Below, in pieces: positions 24,129 to 36,400 of a DNA stretch of 64,000 bases; the first letter of the stretch is position 1; each line of letters opens with the position of its first letter. This DNA is from Guillardia theta CCMP2712 (taxonomy: Eukaryota; Protista; Cryptophyta), in NCBI RefSeq assembly GCF_000315625.1, contig NW_005434672.1:837374-901373 (forward strand), written 5' to 3'. The notes under the pieces were generated by a model. The model saw only the letters and a program-made list of their open reading frames with translations. It was not told the origin of the DNA and did no database searches. A program made the position numbers and the translations under genes.

Positions 24129-25340
24129 TCAGGAATGTGACTGAGTATGCGCACCGGAAGCGAACGAGGGAGGGCTGGAAACGCCATAGCTCGTCTGGTT
24201 TGGCAACACAGGTACCTGCGATGCGCTGGGAACGAAGCCCCTTGATGGCTTCTTTATAGCGACGAAGAAGGCGCAGTTGTAGACGGTGTGCATCATTGAG
24301 TTGGGGTTCTGTGTGTAGTAGCAGGTCCGCTCCGACTCCTCCTTGACCTCGAATCCGTAGTATTGTATGATGCTTCTGAGCTCCGAGTAGGAGAGCTCGG
24401 TAGAGTCCACGTCCTGGGAGTCTGAGTAGTGATAGAGGAGGGGTCCCAGGTTGATCCAAATCCCTCCGTCAGCCAGGAGCGTGTGGATGTGCTCCACGTA
24501 CTGCACGACGTTGGAGGCAGTGTCCAGGAAGAAGCATGTGGCAACGCAGTCCCACTCCCCTCGCTGGTTCCGGTACACTTCCAAGAAGTCTCCCGCCACC
24601 ATGCTGAAATCGACGTTGGGCGGCAGCCCCCCCGGGAGCTCGTCAGGCACGAGCACCTGCTTCAGCTGATGGGCCTCCGCATCCCACACGTTGGAGGACG
24701 AGAGGACCCAGGGATGCAGAGCGAGCATCTTTTCTCCCGGCGCATAGTTGAGGATGAAGTTGGAGGAAAGCAGCATCTGGTATGAGAACTCGCAACCCTG
24801 GGCAGAGAAACCCAACTTGGCGATGTCGTACGTCAACCTGCCAAGCCCAGCTCCTGGGAGCAGTACTCGAAGTTGGTATCGTTGCTCGATCGGATAATGG
24901 GAGTAATAGTTCTGGAGCGCATCTGTGATCGGTTTGTAACTTTGGTTCCGTTCGCTCAGTCCATCCGAGCTCCAATCCCGAACGAATTGCCGCAATGTGC
25001 ATCGAATCTTGTCCATGTCAAGGCCTTGTGGCGAGATGTAGCTGAACTCGGTCCTTGCACCCTGCAACAGGTGACTGTTGCCAGTGAATCCACTAGCATG
25101 TGCGATGATTGTGTTCAGGAAATGCTGGTTCACCTCTATACACTGCTTCTGCGCGCTGAACTTGGCGGGTAAGTGGCTCAGAATTGCCTGATGAGCTGGA
25201 GGCAACCGCGCGTAGCTGACTTCCGCCTTGCTGACAACGTTCAGAGCATGCTCTCTGTAGAACAAGAACGCCTTGACCACGCTCTCGAAATGCTCGCACT
25301 CCGCCCTCCTGGTGTCGTCGGTGACGTCGACGGAAGCCAT
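24129..25340 (-). CDS. CARNMT1: Carnosine N-methyltransferase-like (N2227 family), intronless
   Basis: DMDKIRCTLRQFVRDWS..G..ER, RVLLPGAGLGRL, FSMVAGDFLEVY, VATCFFLDTASN, GGIWINLGPLLYH, ELSYSEL. First in-frame ATG is at 25340. Confidence 0.92.
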   Translation of the reverse strand: MASVDVTDDTRRAECEHFESVVKAFLFYREHALNVVSKAEVSYARLPPAHQAILSHLPAKFSAQKQCIEVNQHFLNTIIAHASGFTGNSHLLQGARTEFSYISPQGLDMDKIRCTLRQFVRDWSSDGLSERNQSYKPITDALQNYYSHYPIEQRYQLRVLLPGAGLGRLTYDIAKLGFSAQGCEFSYQMLLSSNFILNYAPGEKMLALHPWVLSSSNVWDAEAHQLKQVLVPDELPGGLPPNVDFSMVAGDFLEVYRNQRGEWDCVATCFFLDTASNVVQYVEHIHTLLADGGIWINLGPLLYHYSDSQDVDSTELSYSELRSIIQYYGFEVKEESERTCYYTQNPNSMMHTVYNCAFFVAIKKPSRGFVPSASQVPVLPNQTSYGVSSPPSFASGAHTQSHS

Positions 25341-26519
25341 GCTCTCTTCCTGAGAAATGGTTGGAGAACGATGTTTGATGGAAAGAAAGTCGAAGGCTCC
25401 AGCTGATCTATGGAGTGCTGGATGTTGGAACAACCTAGCAGGCTGTGAAAGGGGTGAGTCTAGCGCCTGACAGCAGAGGATCCAGGTAATGAGCAACAAG
25501 CAGGGGTAATTGATCCAGATTGTGACCTGAGGCAATCGTGTTAGTTAAAAGCGGTCAAAGTAGCACAAACGTGAGCAGATCAATAACATGGTGATGTAGT
25601 TCATCCCTCCATCCGAGCACACACCCCACCAGCTCCCGGCGCATGGCACGCGGACGTAGTGCCATTGACTCACCTGTATCCTCTCATCGAAGGACAACGT
25701 GTCCACAGCCCTATGTCCAGCTCGAGCTGAGTGACGCACGAGCTAGACAAGATGAAGGAGCTCAAGGCAGGAGCCAGTCTTCTTCCTCAGCCTCTCTCCC
25801 GCCTCCCTACCGCACGCTGCATACGGCCGGTCCGCTGCTGCCCATGGCGCATCCAAGGGGGCAGAGGGGCTAGGAGAACTGAGCTCTGACAGTTTCTTTT
25901 TTCTTTGTTGTACACCGGTAGTTTACTATATTAAGTACCCACCCAATTGTCACGAAGGTGACAAAAATAAGAATCATGTACCCTATCGTTCCATCATGGT
26001 AGTCGTTACCACCCATGTAACGATCAAGGAACCTGCGATTGCAATAATGCAGGGTACGATCGGTAAGAGCGCACTGGATGCAGCAGGCAGGAGGCAGGAG
26101 GAGGGAGGAGGGAGGAGGGAGGAGGGAGGAAGAAGGAGGGAGGAGAGAGATATGCTCTCTGGCTGTAGCTGTGCAGAGGTACCAGGTAACTGTGAGCTTG
26201 TGGTGAAGAATTGATGTACAGAGTGTGTGATGGATCTTAAAGACAAGATTGTTCAGCTCCGTTTCAGAAGTAAATTGCTACATTGACGATTAAATTTTGA
26301 TCGCACTGGGAGCATAACATATTCTTTGAAGTTCTCGATAGCAATTTTCAAAAAAGGATGATTGCACTCCACGATGGAATTTAATAAAGCTGCCTACCGT
26401 GTTGAAAATGAATAGAAAAGTCATATAGATTCAAAAAAGATGTACATCAAAGATACAAGTTGACGCCGGGTAACAAGCAGAAGGTAGTATTCGATCTGTT
26501 CTCTTCCGCAAAATTCGCT

Positions 26520-28502
26520 CTATCCAGATGGGGAGGTATGTACCGAATGCTCGCTGCCGGTGGGTGTAGAGGATGTCACTTGAGACGAGGTGGTCTCGTC
26601 TAGCTCGGAGTTCCCATGGTTGGCTGAATTCGCCGCCTTCAGACAGACACCATTTGTCTCCTCCACCTGTTCAGCAACCCTGTCCGTGTTCGCCTCCTCG
26701 TCCGCCGGTCGTGAGCCGATGCTGTCGTCATGTGGACGATCCTCGAACTCCATGTTGTCGCCGCCTGATTCCTCCAAGGTCTCCTCATGCTCACTTCCTT
26801 CCAGAGGGTGTCCACGTGCCCCATCATTGAAATCGTGATTGTCGTTGCCCGGATGTGCCGCTTCGAGGGAGGGATCATCTGACCAGTCAGTCAGCACGCA
26901 CATGGGATCACTCATCCAAGAGCTCTCGCACTGGGTGTCTGAAGGGCAGGATGGTCCAGCGCTTCTTCAGCTGAGATCCGACGGTTCGGGTTCTTGACTA
27001 GCATCCTGCATTAGCCTGTTAGACGGGGTAGAAGGGTGTGGAAAGCAGAAGGCACCGAGAAACAAGGTCAAGCATGTCACTGTTAATACGATAGGGCGAG
27101 TCATCAGGGATCTTCAAGGCTGCAGTTATTTCCATTGGATTCCATCGTGGAAACCTGTCCCAGTGACGTCAGCTATGTAGGAACGAGGGGAGCTGGAGAA
27201 TACTGCAGAATGTAGTTTGGGAGAGATGTGACACCCGGCCAGTCTTCTTCATCTGAGTGTCATTCAGCACCGCAAGTCAAGGCAAATGTACTCTGTGTGA
27301 TTACTTGGTGTTCCAAAAAATTGAAAGATCACGAGCAGGCATTCAATCTCTGTGTTGCACGAGAACAAGGGCGAAAGGTTCATCATTTCCTAGAAGCAAA
27401 GCATCAAGATTAATATGTCTCTTGTCAGCAATCAATCCTCACAACTAATATACATCCAAGGCTCCATACGTCGATCTGAGCTCCATAAAAGGAATCACCC
27501 TTCAACGAAATGTCAACACACCAACAACACCCCAAAACACTTACCAAAATGATTTCCGGAGGTCTGTACCACGCTGTTACCAGACGATCGGTATATCGGA
27601 AATCCGGGCCAAACTGCAGAAAGTTACGAGAACGTTACGGTGAAGCTCAAGCATTTCAAGACAACCTGCATGGCGCGTGCCATTCCAAAATCCGCAACTT
27701 TTGCAAAATCTCTTGTTGCATTCAATAAGATGTTGTCGGGCTTGAGGTCTCTATGAATTATTCTTCTTGCATGACAATATACGACCTGAACATAGAAATC
27801 ATCAATTCTAGAACGATGAGAGCAAGAATGTTTCTTCTTGATTTACCGCTGACAAGATCTGACGAAACAAGTTCTTAAGCGTGTTCAATGGCATATGTTC
27901 CAACGACTGGTCCTGCGCAGGCATCAAGAGAAGCTACTTTGATCAAACTTCAAACCTGTCGTAATTCAATCAACATATCCCTGATCAAACCAGGTTAGAT
28001 TCAAAGACAAGGAAAATGGTGTCAAATCCCGCTTACCTTAGGTTGCATGAGCACAACTCAAAAACGAAATAACAGTGATTGTCATGCATGAAGATTTCAT
28101 GAAGCTGGCAAACATCAATCAGAAAAAAATACAAGCGCAAAGATGTCGCGTCAACCTGTACAATGTTTGGATGATTGAGTCTCCTAAGTAGCGCACCCTC
28201 TCTCAAAACTGTAACCTGACGAACGGTCAGATTCAACCTTCCGCACGTCTGGCATCCTACTGGTACTCCTTGATCATTAGGATCGTGGGGATCTGAAAAC
28301 ACTTCGGCCCTCTTCATCGCAACTCGTTGACCATTGGTTGTGTCTCTAGCCTGATGCAACTTTCAGCAATCCTTCCGATTCTTGTCAAACTAAACAGACC
28401 ACAAAAACGGAACCATGTCCTCCTGCTCGGAGAAAATGAAGCTCGGTGTATCTATGAGTCGATTAAATCTAGGCTTTCACGTAAAGGACTATACCTTTGC
28501 AT
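26520..28502 (-). CDS. Divergent cyclin-dependent kinase-like protein with acidic C-terminal tail (multi-exon)
   Basis: Spliced: [20 protein letters not shown]|[79 protein letters not shown]. The last exon is D/E-rich and its linkage is less certain. Confidence 0.88.
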
Positions 28503-30630
28503 CGAGCAGCTGCGGGATTAAGTAAAAATCGCTTCCTTCGAAGCTTGGCGAGGATCCGGTAAACTTGCTCTCTTTTACTCTTTGTTTCCTAGGAGAGGAG
28601 CGGTTTGTTTGTTCGCAGAGAACGCAATCATATAGAACAATCGAGATCCAGAAAAATCTTTAGACGTTTCTCATGTCGTTTCCGAAGATAAAACCAACTG
28701 CAGCACGTATCTTTCATGATCCGGTCAAAGACAGTGGCTCTAAAGCTGCTCTGCTTACCTGGGGGAGCGGTATGGCTGGAAAGATGTCACTTCTCCAGAT
28801 CTTTCCTGCAGACAAGGAGCACTTTGAAGCTCAAAGTACTGTCAGGAAGTCGCTGGAGGGAGGAAGGGAGGGAGGACTAGGAAACAGAACACGTATGATT
28901 CTCGTGGTGGTGAGGAGGAGAGGACAGTGCCGGTCGGGGTGCTAGAGGGTGGTCAACGAATCAACATCTGGATGGGGGTGGGGTGGAGGGGTGGGTTTCG
29001 ATTCAGGTTGTAAAAAATAGAGGGGGTGGGGTGGGATGGGATGCAATCAAGAAGCCGTAGGGGTGACCTACCTGATAAGGGTCAACAAGCGTCCTGAACA
29101 GTAGTGTAGGAGGGTACTGGGTTGGTCTTTGGGGGGTTGTCATGCTCAAGGTAGGGTACTGGACTGGGATTGTGGGCACGGATGTATGGAATGGTAGGGG
29201 TCTTGCTGGGTATGCCAAAGGGGTGGTCTACCAAAGTTACCTCGATCAACAACTGGATTGCCCGAAAGGGACACGAAGGGGTGGGGGGTAGAATAAAATT
29301 TCTAAGGGTGGGTGGGGTTACAAAATTGGTGGGTGGGGCTTTCTTCTTTAAAATTCCGCACTAGGGGGGTTGGGGCATCCTGAAGTAAAATTTGACACCG
29401 GTCATATTCATGGTCTAATGAGGGGTGTGCGGTTAGCTCTAGTGACGATGGGGCCAATGGGGGGGGTGGGGGGGGTTACAACAATGGGTCAAATGAAATA
29501 GGACGACAGGGTGGGTACATTTCTTTCACCCAGCACCGGTGGTATCCCTTGCTTCACAGGACCTACCGTCGAGACGGAAAGTTCTTTGGTGGACCTAATG
29601 GGGTGGTGTCAGGTTTCTAGGTAGGTAGAACATTTTGAAGAAGGGGATGGTAACTCCGAACACCACACCTGCTTTCTACATCTTGTCGAAAGGGGGTGGG
29701 GTATTGAGTTTGGGTAGAGGGTTGCCAAAAAATTTGACTTCTGTGTCTAATGTGGGGGTGGCAAGGGTATAGGGGTCATGGAGGGACGGGGGTCGGGGGT
29801 CATTAAAAGATCGTAGTTGATATTGGCCACAGGGTCCCACCTCCTGAAAATTCATTACCAGATACATTTCTCGCTTTGTAGCACGAGGGTGGGGTCTCTT
29901 TATTGACCCGGGGGGTGCTGCATGCTTGAGTCAGAAATGGCAGTCAGGTGACAACAGGGGTACCGCCGGGGTCGGGTACCGTGCGATGGGGTAGGGTTAG
30001 AAGTTTTTAAATCGGCGGGTGGGGTAGGTGTGGGTCAGAACCGAATCGATGTGGACAGATGGGTAGTAAAGGCCTGTGAATCTCTGTGAATCCTTGACCG
30101 GACAGAAGATCAACTTTCTCAAGTTTCTGTGCCGCAAGCCTCGGCACAAGAACACCGGTCACGGTACGGTATCTGAATCGGATCCCTGAGGCTTCGGCGC
30201 GGACGGGGCTCCCGTCCGAGCGGCGGCCGGCGGGCCGGCCCTGACTGAGTGAGCGGCCGCGGGCCTGGCGCCGCGTGCTACGGTGACTGGCACTCACCGT
30301 GCCCGGCGTTCACTGCCGGGCTGGCCTGCCGCAGTGCGGCGGCCGCCGCGGCGTGCCACAGGCTGGCAGACCGTACTGGGGAGTACGATAAACAACGGTC
30401 ACTGAGCCAAGCCTATTTACCGCCCGGGCCGCCGTACTCACTGTGACTCCGCGGCTAGTTACGGACCGGCGAGTCAGAGTCAAGTGGCCGGGCCACTGAC
30501 TCCGGGCCGGGCGTGACCCGGTGTCGGAGGCTCAGTGCCAGGCCCGCCACGCAGTCATATGCGGCCAGCCTGAGCCTGGCCTGGCAACTTCTCAAGTTGC
30601 CACCGGGCAGTGACGGTATGTATGTGGCCC

Positions 30631-30720
30631 GGTGGGTGGGTGGGTGTGTTGTTGGGTGGGTGGGTGAGTGGGTGGGTGGGTGGGTGGGTGGGTGGGTGAG
30701 TGGAGATTTTGGTGGGTAGG
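30631..30720 (+). repeat. (GGGT)n microsatellite, G-quadruplex-capable
   Basis: More than 12 GGG tracts, mostly separated by single T. Confidence 0.9.
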
Positions 30721-31983
30721 CCGGAGGAAAAGTTAACCCAAAAAAGGGAATCATAAAATATATATTGAAAATATCTGACCTCTCAAAATGTACCTACGAC
30801 CTTTCCGCCACTACCCCCCAGCTCGTCCACCACCCACCCTATAAATCACTTTGAAAGTCCTACATTGCTGGTAAGGCAAGGACTAAATACCCTACCCACT
30901 GTCGTAGAACCCAGCAACTTTTCGAGGGAGGGGTGGTAGCAGATCTCAAATACCATACGGTAGCCTACTAGTGTGTAAAGTAATCTAGTGAACTAAGGGA
31001 TGCAGGGGGGGTGGCTCCCTCGAGGGGAGAGAGGGGAGAGGGGTCTTTCCGACTGCTGAAAAGGGGGTCAGGCAGGGGGCCCGGGTGGTAGTCCAATGTC
31101 GACCTCTCAAAAACGTACTGGGGGAACGATTCGTGCAATGCACGGCAACCTCGCCGAGTCGGCTCCGACAGAGTTCCGCGCACCCAAGGGTCGTGGCCTC
31201 GCGGCCGGATCTCAGACTCCGGGCCGCCACGCTTGGAGTAAACTTATGTGACTGGTGGCCCGTGCCACCGTTGAAGCCTGTGAAGTTGCCAATAATATTC
31301 ACGGTGAGTTCCGGAATAAATTGATATTGAGTTCCCCTTTGGATGAGTTTCGAATGCCATCAGTGATGCGCGGCAAGCCTTGGTCAGTCGGACTCCAAAG
31401 CCTCAGGCTTCACTCGTCGCATTACTAAAACTTCCGGGTCACGGGTTAACTTGTGACTGACTCGGAAATATCAGACTCGGTGACTCGGAGGCCCGGGACA
31501 ACTTGAAAGTTTACAGTGATGCCGGGCCTGACCGTGACGGTGACCGCGGCGCAGTCTGATTCACTACTGAGTCAAGTCTCGCCGCCGCTCGGAGCCTGTA
31601 AGTTGCACTGCACAGAGTCAAGTTTCAAGCCCAGTGTTGTGGCACGGTGACCGGATCACATGATGCGCGACTCACTACGACTCGTGACGTCACTGCCTCC
31701 CGGCGGTGATCGGACTCGGCCGCCTGTACTCAGTGCCGCCGTCACTCATCCGATCGGACTGCCAGATGAGCTCCGACTCAAACTCGGAGCCTCCGTCAGT
31801 GACGGTGACCTACCGTACGGTCAACTCAGTCCGACCCACCCTGCACCACGGCAAGCCGCTCACAACCGTTGAACCGCACCTGCTGATCGCCGATCGGATG
31901 CATCTCTGTCATGCGATCGAGCAAAGCGCACGGTCTTCCCCCTGCCTCTACAAGGGGCGAAGGAGCTGAAGGGCAAATCCGAT

Positions 31984-32861
31984 CTATGCACTCCCGGAGG
32001 AGCTCCCAGACACCCGCTGCGGGGCGAAGCCGTTCGCCTGCAGCCATCGCATTGCTGACGCCTGCAAGAGTATCAAGAGGATGAGCCACAGAGGTAGAAC
32101 ACCTGGAGATGCTGCTCCGCATGCTCATAGCAAGCTCGGCCCTCCCTGTCTTTGGCCAGCAAACAGCCCTCCTGCCTCTCCCCCATCCACTCCAGCGCTC
32201 CCGTTTGCCCGTTAGCAGCGGAGAAGTGAGCTGGAAGACATCCCATGTTATCGGTCCAGCCCAGACACTGCCTGTCTTTCTCGTAGAACAACTCTAACAA
32301 ATGACGATTCCCAGCGCCGGCGGCCATATGCACCGCAGTGCGCCCATGGTTGTCCGGGATAGCGAGCAGCGAGGGATCCGCCTCCAACAGGAAGCACACT
32401 GCTCCAGATTTCTCGCTGCCATTCATGACGGCCAGGTGGAGCAGGGAGTCTCCATGGTGGTTCTTTGTGTGCGCACCATCAGGGTAAAGAGCGAGCAGTT
32501 GGTCGAGGGCGGCGGACTGACCGTGCATGGCAGCATAATGGAATGGAGTATTTCCAAGCCCGTCTGTATCATGCGAGATGTCGCGACGATGAGCAATCAT
32601 CGCCAAGATCGCAGCATGTCCCCTCATAGCCGCAAGATGTGAAGGCTTCTGCCCGCTCTTGTTGCTCACCGCAAACAAAGCCTCGTCCATTTCCAACAGG
32701 CTCTGAGTTGCCGCCCGCTTGTCCGTCATGGCAGCAACGTGCGCTGCCGTCATGCCCATGAGAGGATCCGATTGTCTGACTGTTTCCTCGTCTACCCTCC
32801 TCCTGCTCTCCCCCCCCTCCTCCAGCCACGCAACAACCTCCCTGATTGACGGTGGCGCCAT
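31984..32861 (-). CDS. Ankyrin-repeat protein
   Basis: About 6 repeats (GMTAAHVAA, GQKPSHLAA, GNTPFHYAA, GDSLLHLAV, GRTAVHMAA, GCLPAHFSA). A short intron precedes a last exon ending at TAG 31984. Confidence 0.9.
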
Positions 32862-33496
32862 GGTGAAGGTACCGAGCCTGCCTCAGATGCTGCGTCGCCA
32901 CGGAGTCAAAATGCAGCATGTGTAGGTGCAAGGGAAAGGGAAGGGAGGTGGAGAAGACAAGGTGATGAGGGAGAGGATTGTGAGACAAGCTGGCAGTGAG
33001 AAGAAGTTGAAACACGAGAGAGAGAGACAGAGGTACCAGGAGCATTGCGAGAGGGTGGGGAGCAGGAGAAATGCGGCAAGGAAAGGAGGCGGGAATTTGC
33101 AGTTTGTGGGACTGTAGGGAGAGGATTGAGAGGATAGGAAGAAGAGCGACTGAAAGAAAAGCTATGAACGAGATGTTTGACGAAGAGAGGAGGAAGCAGC
33201 AAGGGCAGGGGGGTTCTTTGACTTGAAATGACGGGGGTTCTGAAGAGAGGGAGAGGGAGAGGGAAAGCTGCCTTGCGATGGAACAGTGCTGTGTGCTGCA
33301 GCAGTCTGTGCCCTCCTCCTGCTGGTAGGAGATTTGCTCAGCCTTCCCGATGAATCTCGTCCGAGCTTGGTGCTTCTCGTCTCTGTCATGCTGCGAGCAA
33401 GGAAGCTGTCTGTAGATAGTGTTCGGCTACAGTTTGAGATTCCTGTGCCGCCTGTCCACACCTGACCATGTTTCCTCTCCCTCGACTTTCAGGAGC

Positions 33497-36400
33497 ATGT
33501 CGATGCAAGGGGATGGCGGATTCGAGCCAGAGAGCATGGCGTTGGAGCTGCAAGACTCGTTGTCCACAGAGAATTCAGAGGACGATGGCAGTTCGTCCAA
33601 CAGAGCATACGTTCCTTGTGGTGTGGGAGCTACAGTAAAGGTGCTTGCATGTGGTAAGATCCGAGGAGAGTGACTTGGAGCAGAGGATGGAAGATGGCCT
33701 GTTGAAGGTGCTGGGTGTCGTGAATGGCAGCGAGCTTCGAGTTGGAGATGTTCTTGTCCGCATCAATGGGCAGCCTGTGAAAGGACGGTCTACGGAGGAG
33801 GCAACCAGCATGTATGGTGGACAGGCGCCTAACGTTATGCTGTAGGTTGCTTCATCGTTGCAAGGGCGTGCAGGATCCAAGGTGGAGGTTCACGTGCTCC
33901 GTGAAGGCTCGGACGAGCCGCAAAAAGTCAACCTTGTCCGCCATTTCAAGGTTCTCGGAGTGTCCAATCGGAGGAGGTAGAACTTGACCGTGCTTGTGGC
34001 TTGCAGGCGAAGAGAGCGCAGCATCGAATGATCCCCAAGTCCGCGAGCGTGCGAGCAGGTCAAGGCAGCAGCTCTCTGAGAAAGAATGCGTCCTCCTCGC
34101 CGACGAATGTTCAACATCAGCAATCTCCAATTATGTCAAGTCAACGCCAGGGACAAACCTTGACGCGCCCAACAGCGACCTCCAATGGTGATGGTATAGA
34201 TCTCAAATGTCGCGACTGATTTTTACCTCAAAGATGTTAACGAGGATGCACGAAAAGAACTTGCTGATCCTGCTTCCTGGTGGAAGGAACCACAAGGAAA
34301 TGAACTTCAGGTAAACACAACGCGGGTAGAGCAATCAATCTCGCAAGCTTCCTTCGATCCGGAGGCTGGAGGAGGGGAGATATCAGGGGAGCCCGAACGG
34401 TCGATATCGCAAGCTTCCTTCGATCCGGAGGCTGGAGGAGGGGAGATATCAGGGGAGCTCGAACGGTCTATATCACAAGCTTCCTTCGATCCGGAGGCTG
34501 GAGGAGGGGAGATATCAGGGGAGCTCGAACGGTCTATATCACAAGCTTCCTTCGATCCGGAGGCTGGAGGAGGGGAGATATCAGGGGAGCTCGAACGGTC
34601 TATATCACAAGCTTCCTTCGATCCGGAGGCTGGAGGAGGGGAGATATCAGGAGAGCTCGAACGGTCTGTATCACAAGCTTCCTTCGATCCGGAGGCTGGA
34701 GGAGGGGAGATATCAGGAGAGCTCGAACGGTCTATATCGCAAGCTTCCTTCGATCCTGAATCGATACCAGGAAGCTTGACCGAGAAGTCGCGCAATACGC
34801 AGAAGTCTTTCGATCCAGAGGAGCTTCACTTTGATGATAAGTCCATTATGTCTGCCGATCGCTCGTTCGACCCAGAAAACATTCTCTACTCTGCCTCTGG
34901 CCGAATAGAAGGGTACCGCGCATCGGAGTCTAGAAAGCGCCAGGTCCTACCCAACAGAATATCCTTCGCTTCTTCGAAGTCCTACGATCCTGAAGTTGAC
35001 TTTGGCTCGCAAGACTCCAAGAATGCTTCCTTTGACCCTGAAAGATTTTCGTTTGCGTCTGAAAATTCCTTCGACCCTGAGAGAAGCACGTGGGATGCTG
35101 AACGTGTTCAGGCGCTGTCGTCCCAGATCTCGTTGGATCCAGAGGTCGACGTGGAGCAGGACTTGCCAGAGAGAGAATCAGCCCGTGGAGGAGCTGTGCC
35201 GCCACCTGTGGAAGAGAGGAGAGACGGGGCTACGGACGCCAGATCGAGAGATATGCTGGCTGGAAACCGAGCGGAAGGCAGGAGTGGTCAAGACATTTCA
35301 CACTTGTCTGCTCTCTTGCGATCTGCGTTGGAGGGGATGTCGAAGAGCGAGGATCCCTTTGACGACAAAGTTGGACAGGAGGGAGGAGTGGAGGAATGCA
35401 AGAGGGAAGCGTCCCGGCAGTCAGTTGCGAGTTTCGACCCTGAGCTTCAGGGTGACAGGAGCAAGATCTGTTCGACAGTGTTGAGCTTCGACCCGGAGCG
35501 AGAGCTGTCCTTGCTATGTGATAGAAGGAGCCCGATGTCGCAATCAGACGGCGATGTTGGTGGCCTCAAGGAAGTCGGTGGGTCTAACTTACTGCAGGAT
35601 AGACAGGCAATTTCTTTCAATCCTTCTGCTGCAGTCTGCGTGAAGGTGGGGCAGGAGAGCGGAAGATTCATCGTGAAGAGCTGCTGGGGGGATGCTCAGG
35701 ACATGTTGGACATCGGAGACGAGCTGGTCAAGGTTGACGGCTTCCTCCTCTTGGGCAAGACGCTGGAGCAGGTGGAGGTTCTCCTCCAGGGTGAGGGAGG
35801 GACAAGGGTGGAAGTGGAACTGCAAAGCTGCATGGGCCACCAGAAGAGGGTCTGGCTACAACGGAGTGATCAGGTCATTGCGGAGGTGAGCAGACAGTTC
35901 AGTGTGCCGACGATCGGTTCGCCGCCAAGTGGGGTGTATGGGAGGATCGACCCATCAGTTGTGATTCAGCAACTGGAAGTCAAGTACAAGTCAGCGCTTC
36001 TGGACGCGATACAGCAGCGGAGTCTGACCAAGCAGCTGGAAGAGCGAGTGCTCGAGCTGGAGGGGAAACTGATGGAGGCCGAGCGAAAGAGGTAGATGAG
36101 GAGGGAAGGAAGGGGAGGCGGGTCGCGGGTCGGGCAGGCAAGAGAGGAGGAAGGATAAGATTGGAGAGGGGGTTGGAAAGATTGTCAGGGTCTGATTTCG
36201 TCAATTTCCAGAGATTCGACAGGAGGCACCTCGGCAGGTTGGATGGAGGAGATGGAAGTGAAATGCGCGAGTCTTGAACGGCAACTGGAGAAGTTGCAGA
36301 GGGTGAGCCAAGAGACCGAAAGTCAGCTTGTCCAAGAAAAGAAGAGGGTGGAAAGAGTAGAGGAGGAGAAGAATGCTCTTTCAAAGTCACTGAGAGAGTT

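Noticed and set aside
25341-25535. Signal-peptide-like N-terminal extension on the CARNMT1 ORF
   Set aside because: It begins at TTG. The plausible upstream exon (donor ~25674) has an in-frame stop and no ATG, so it is probably 5'UTR.
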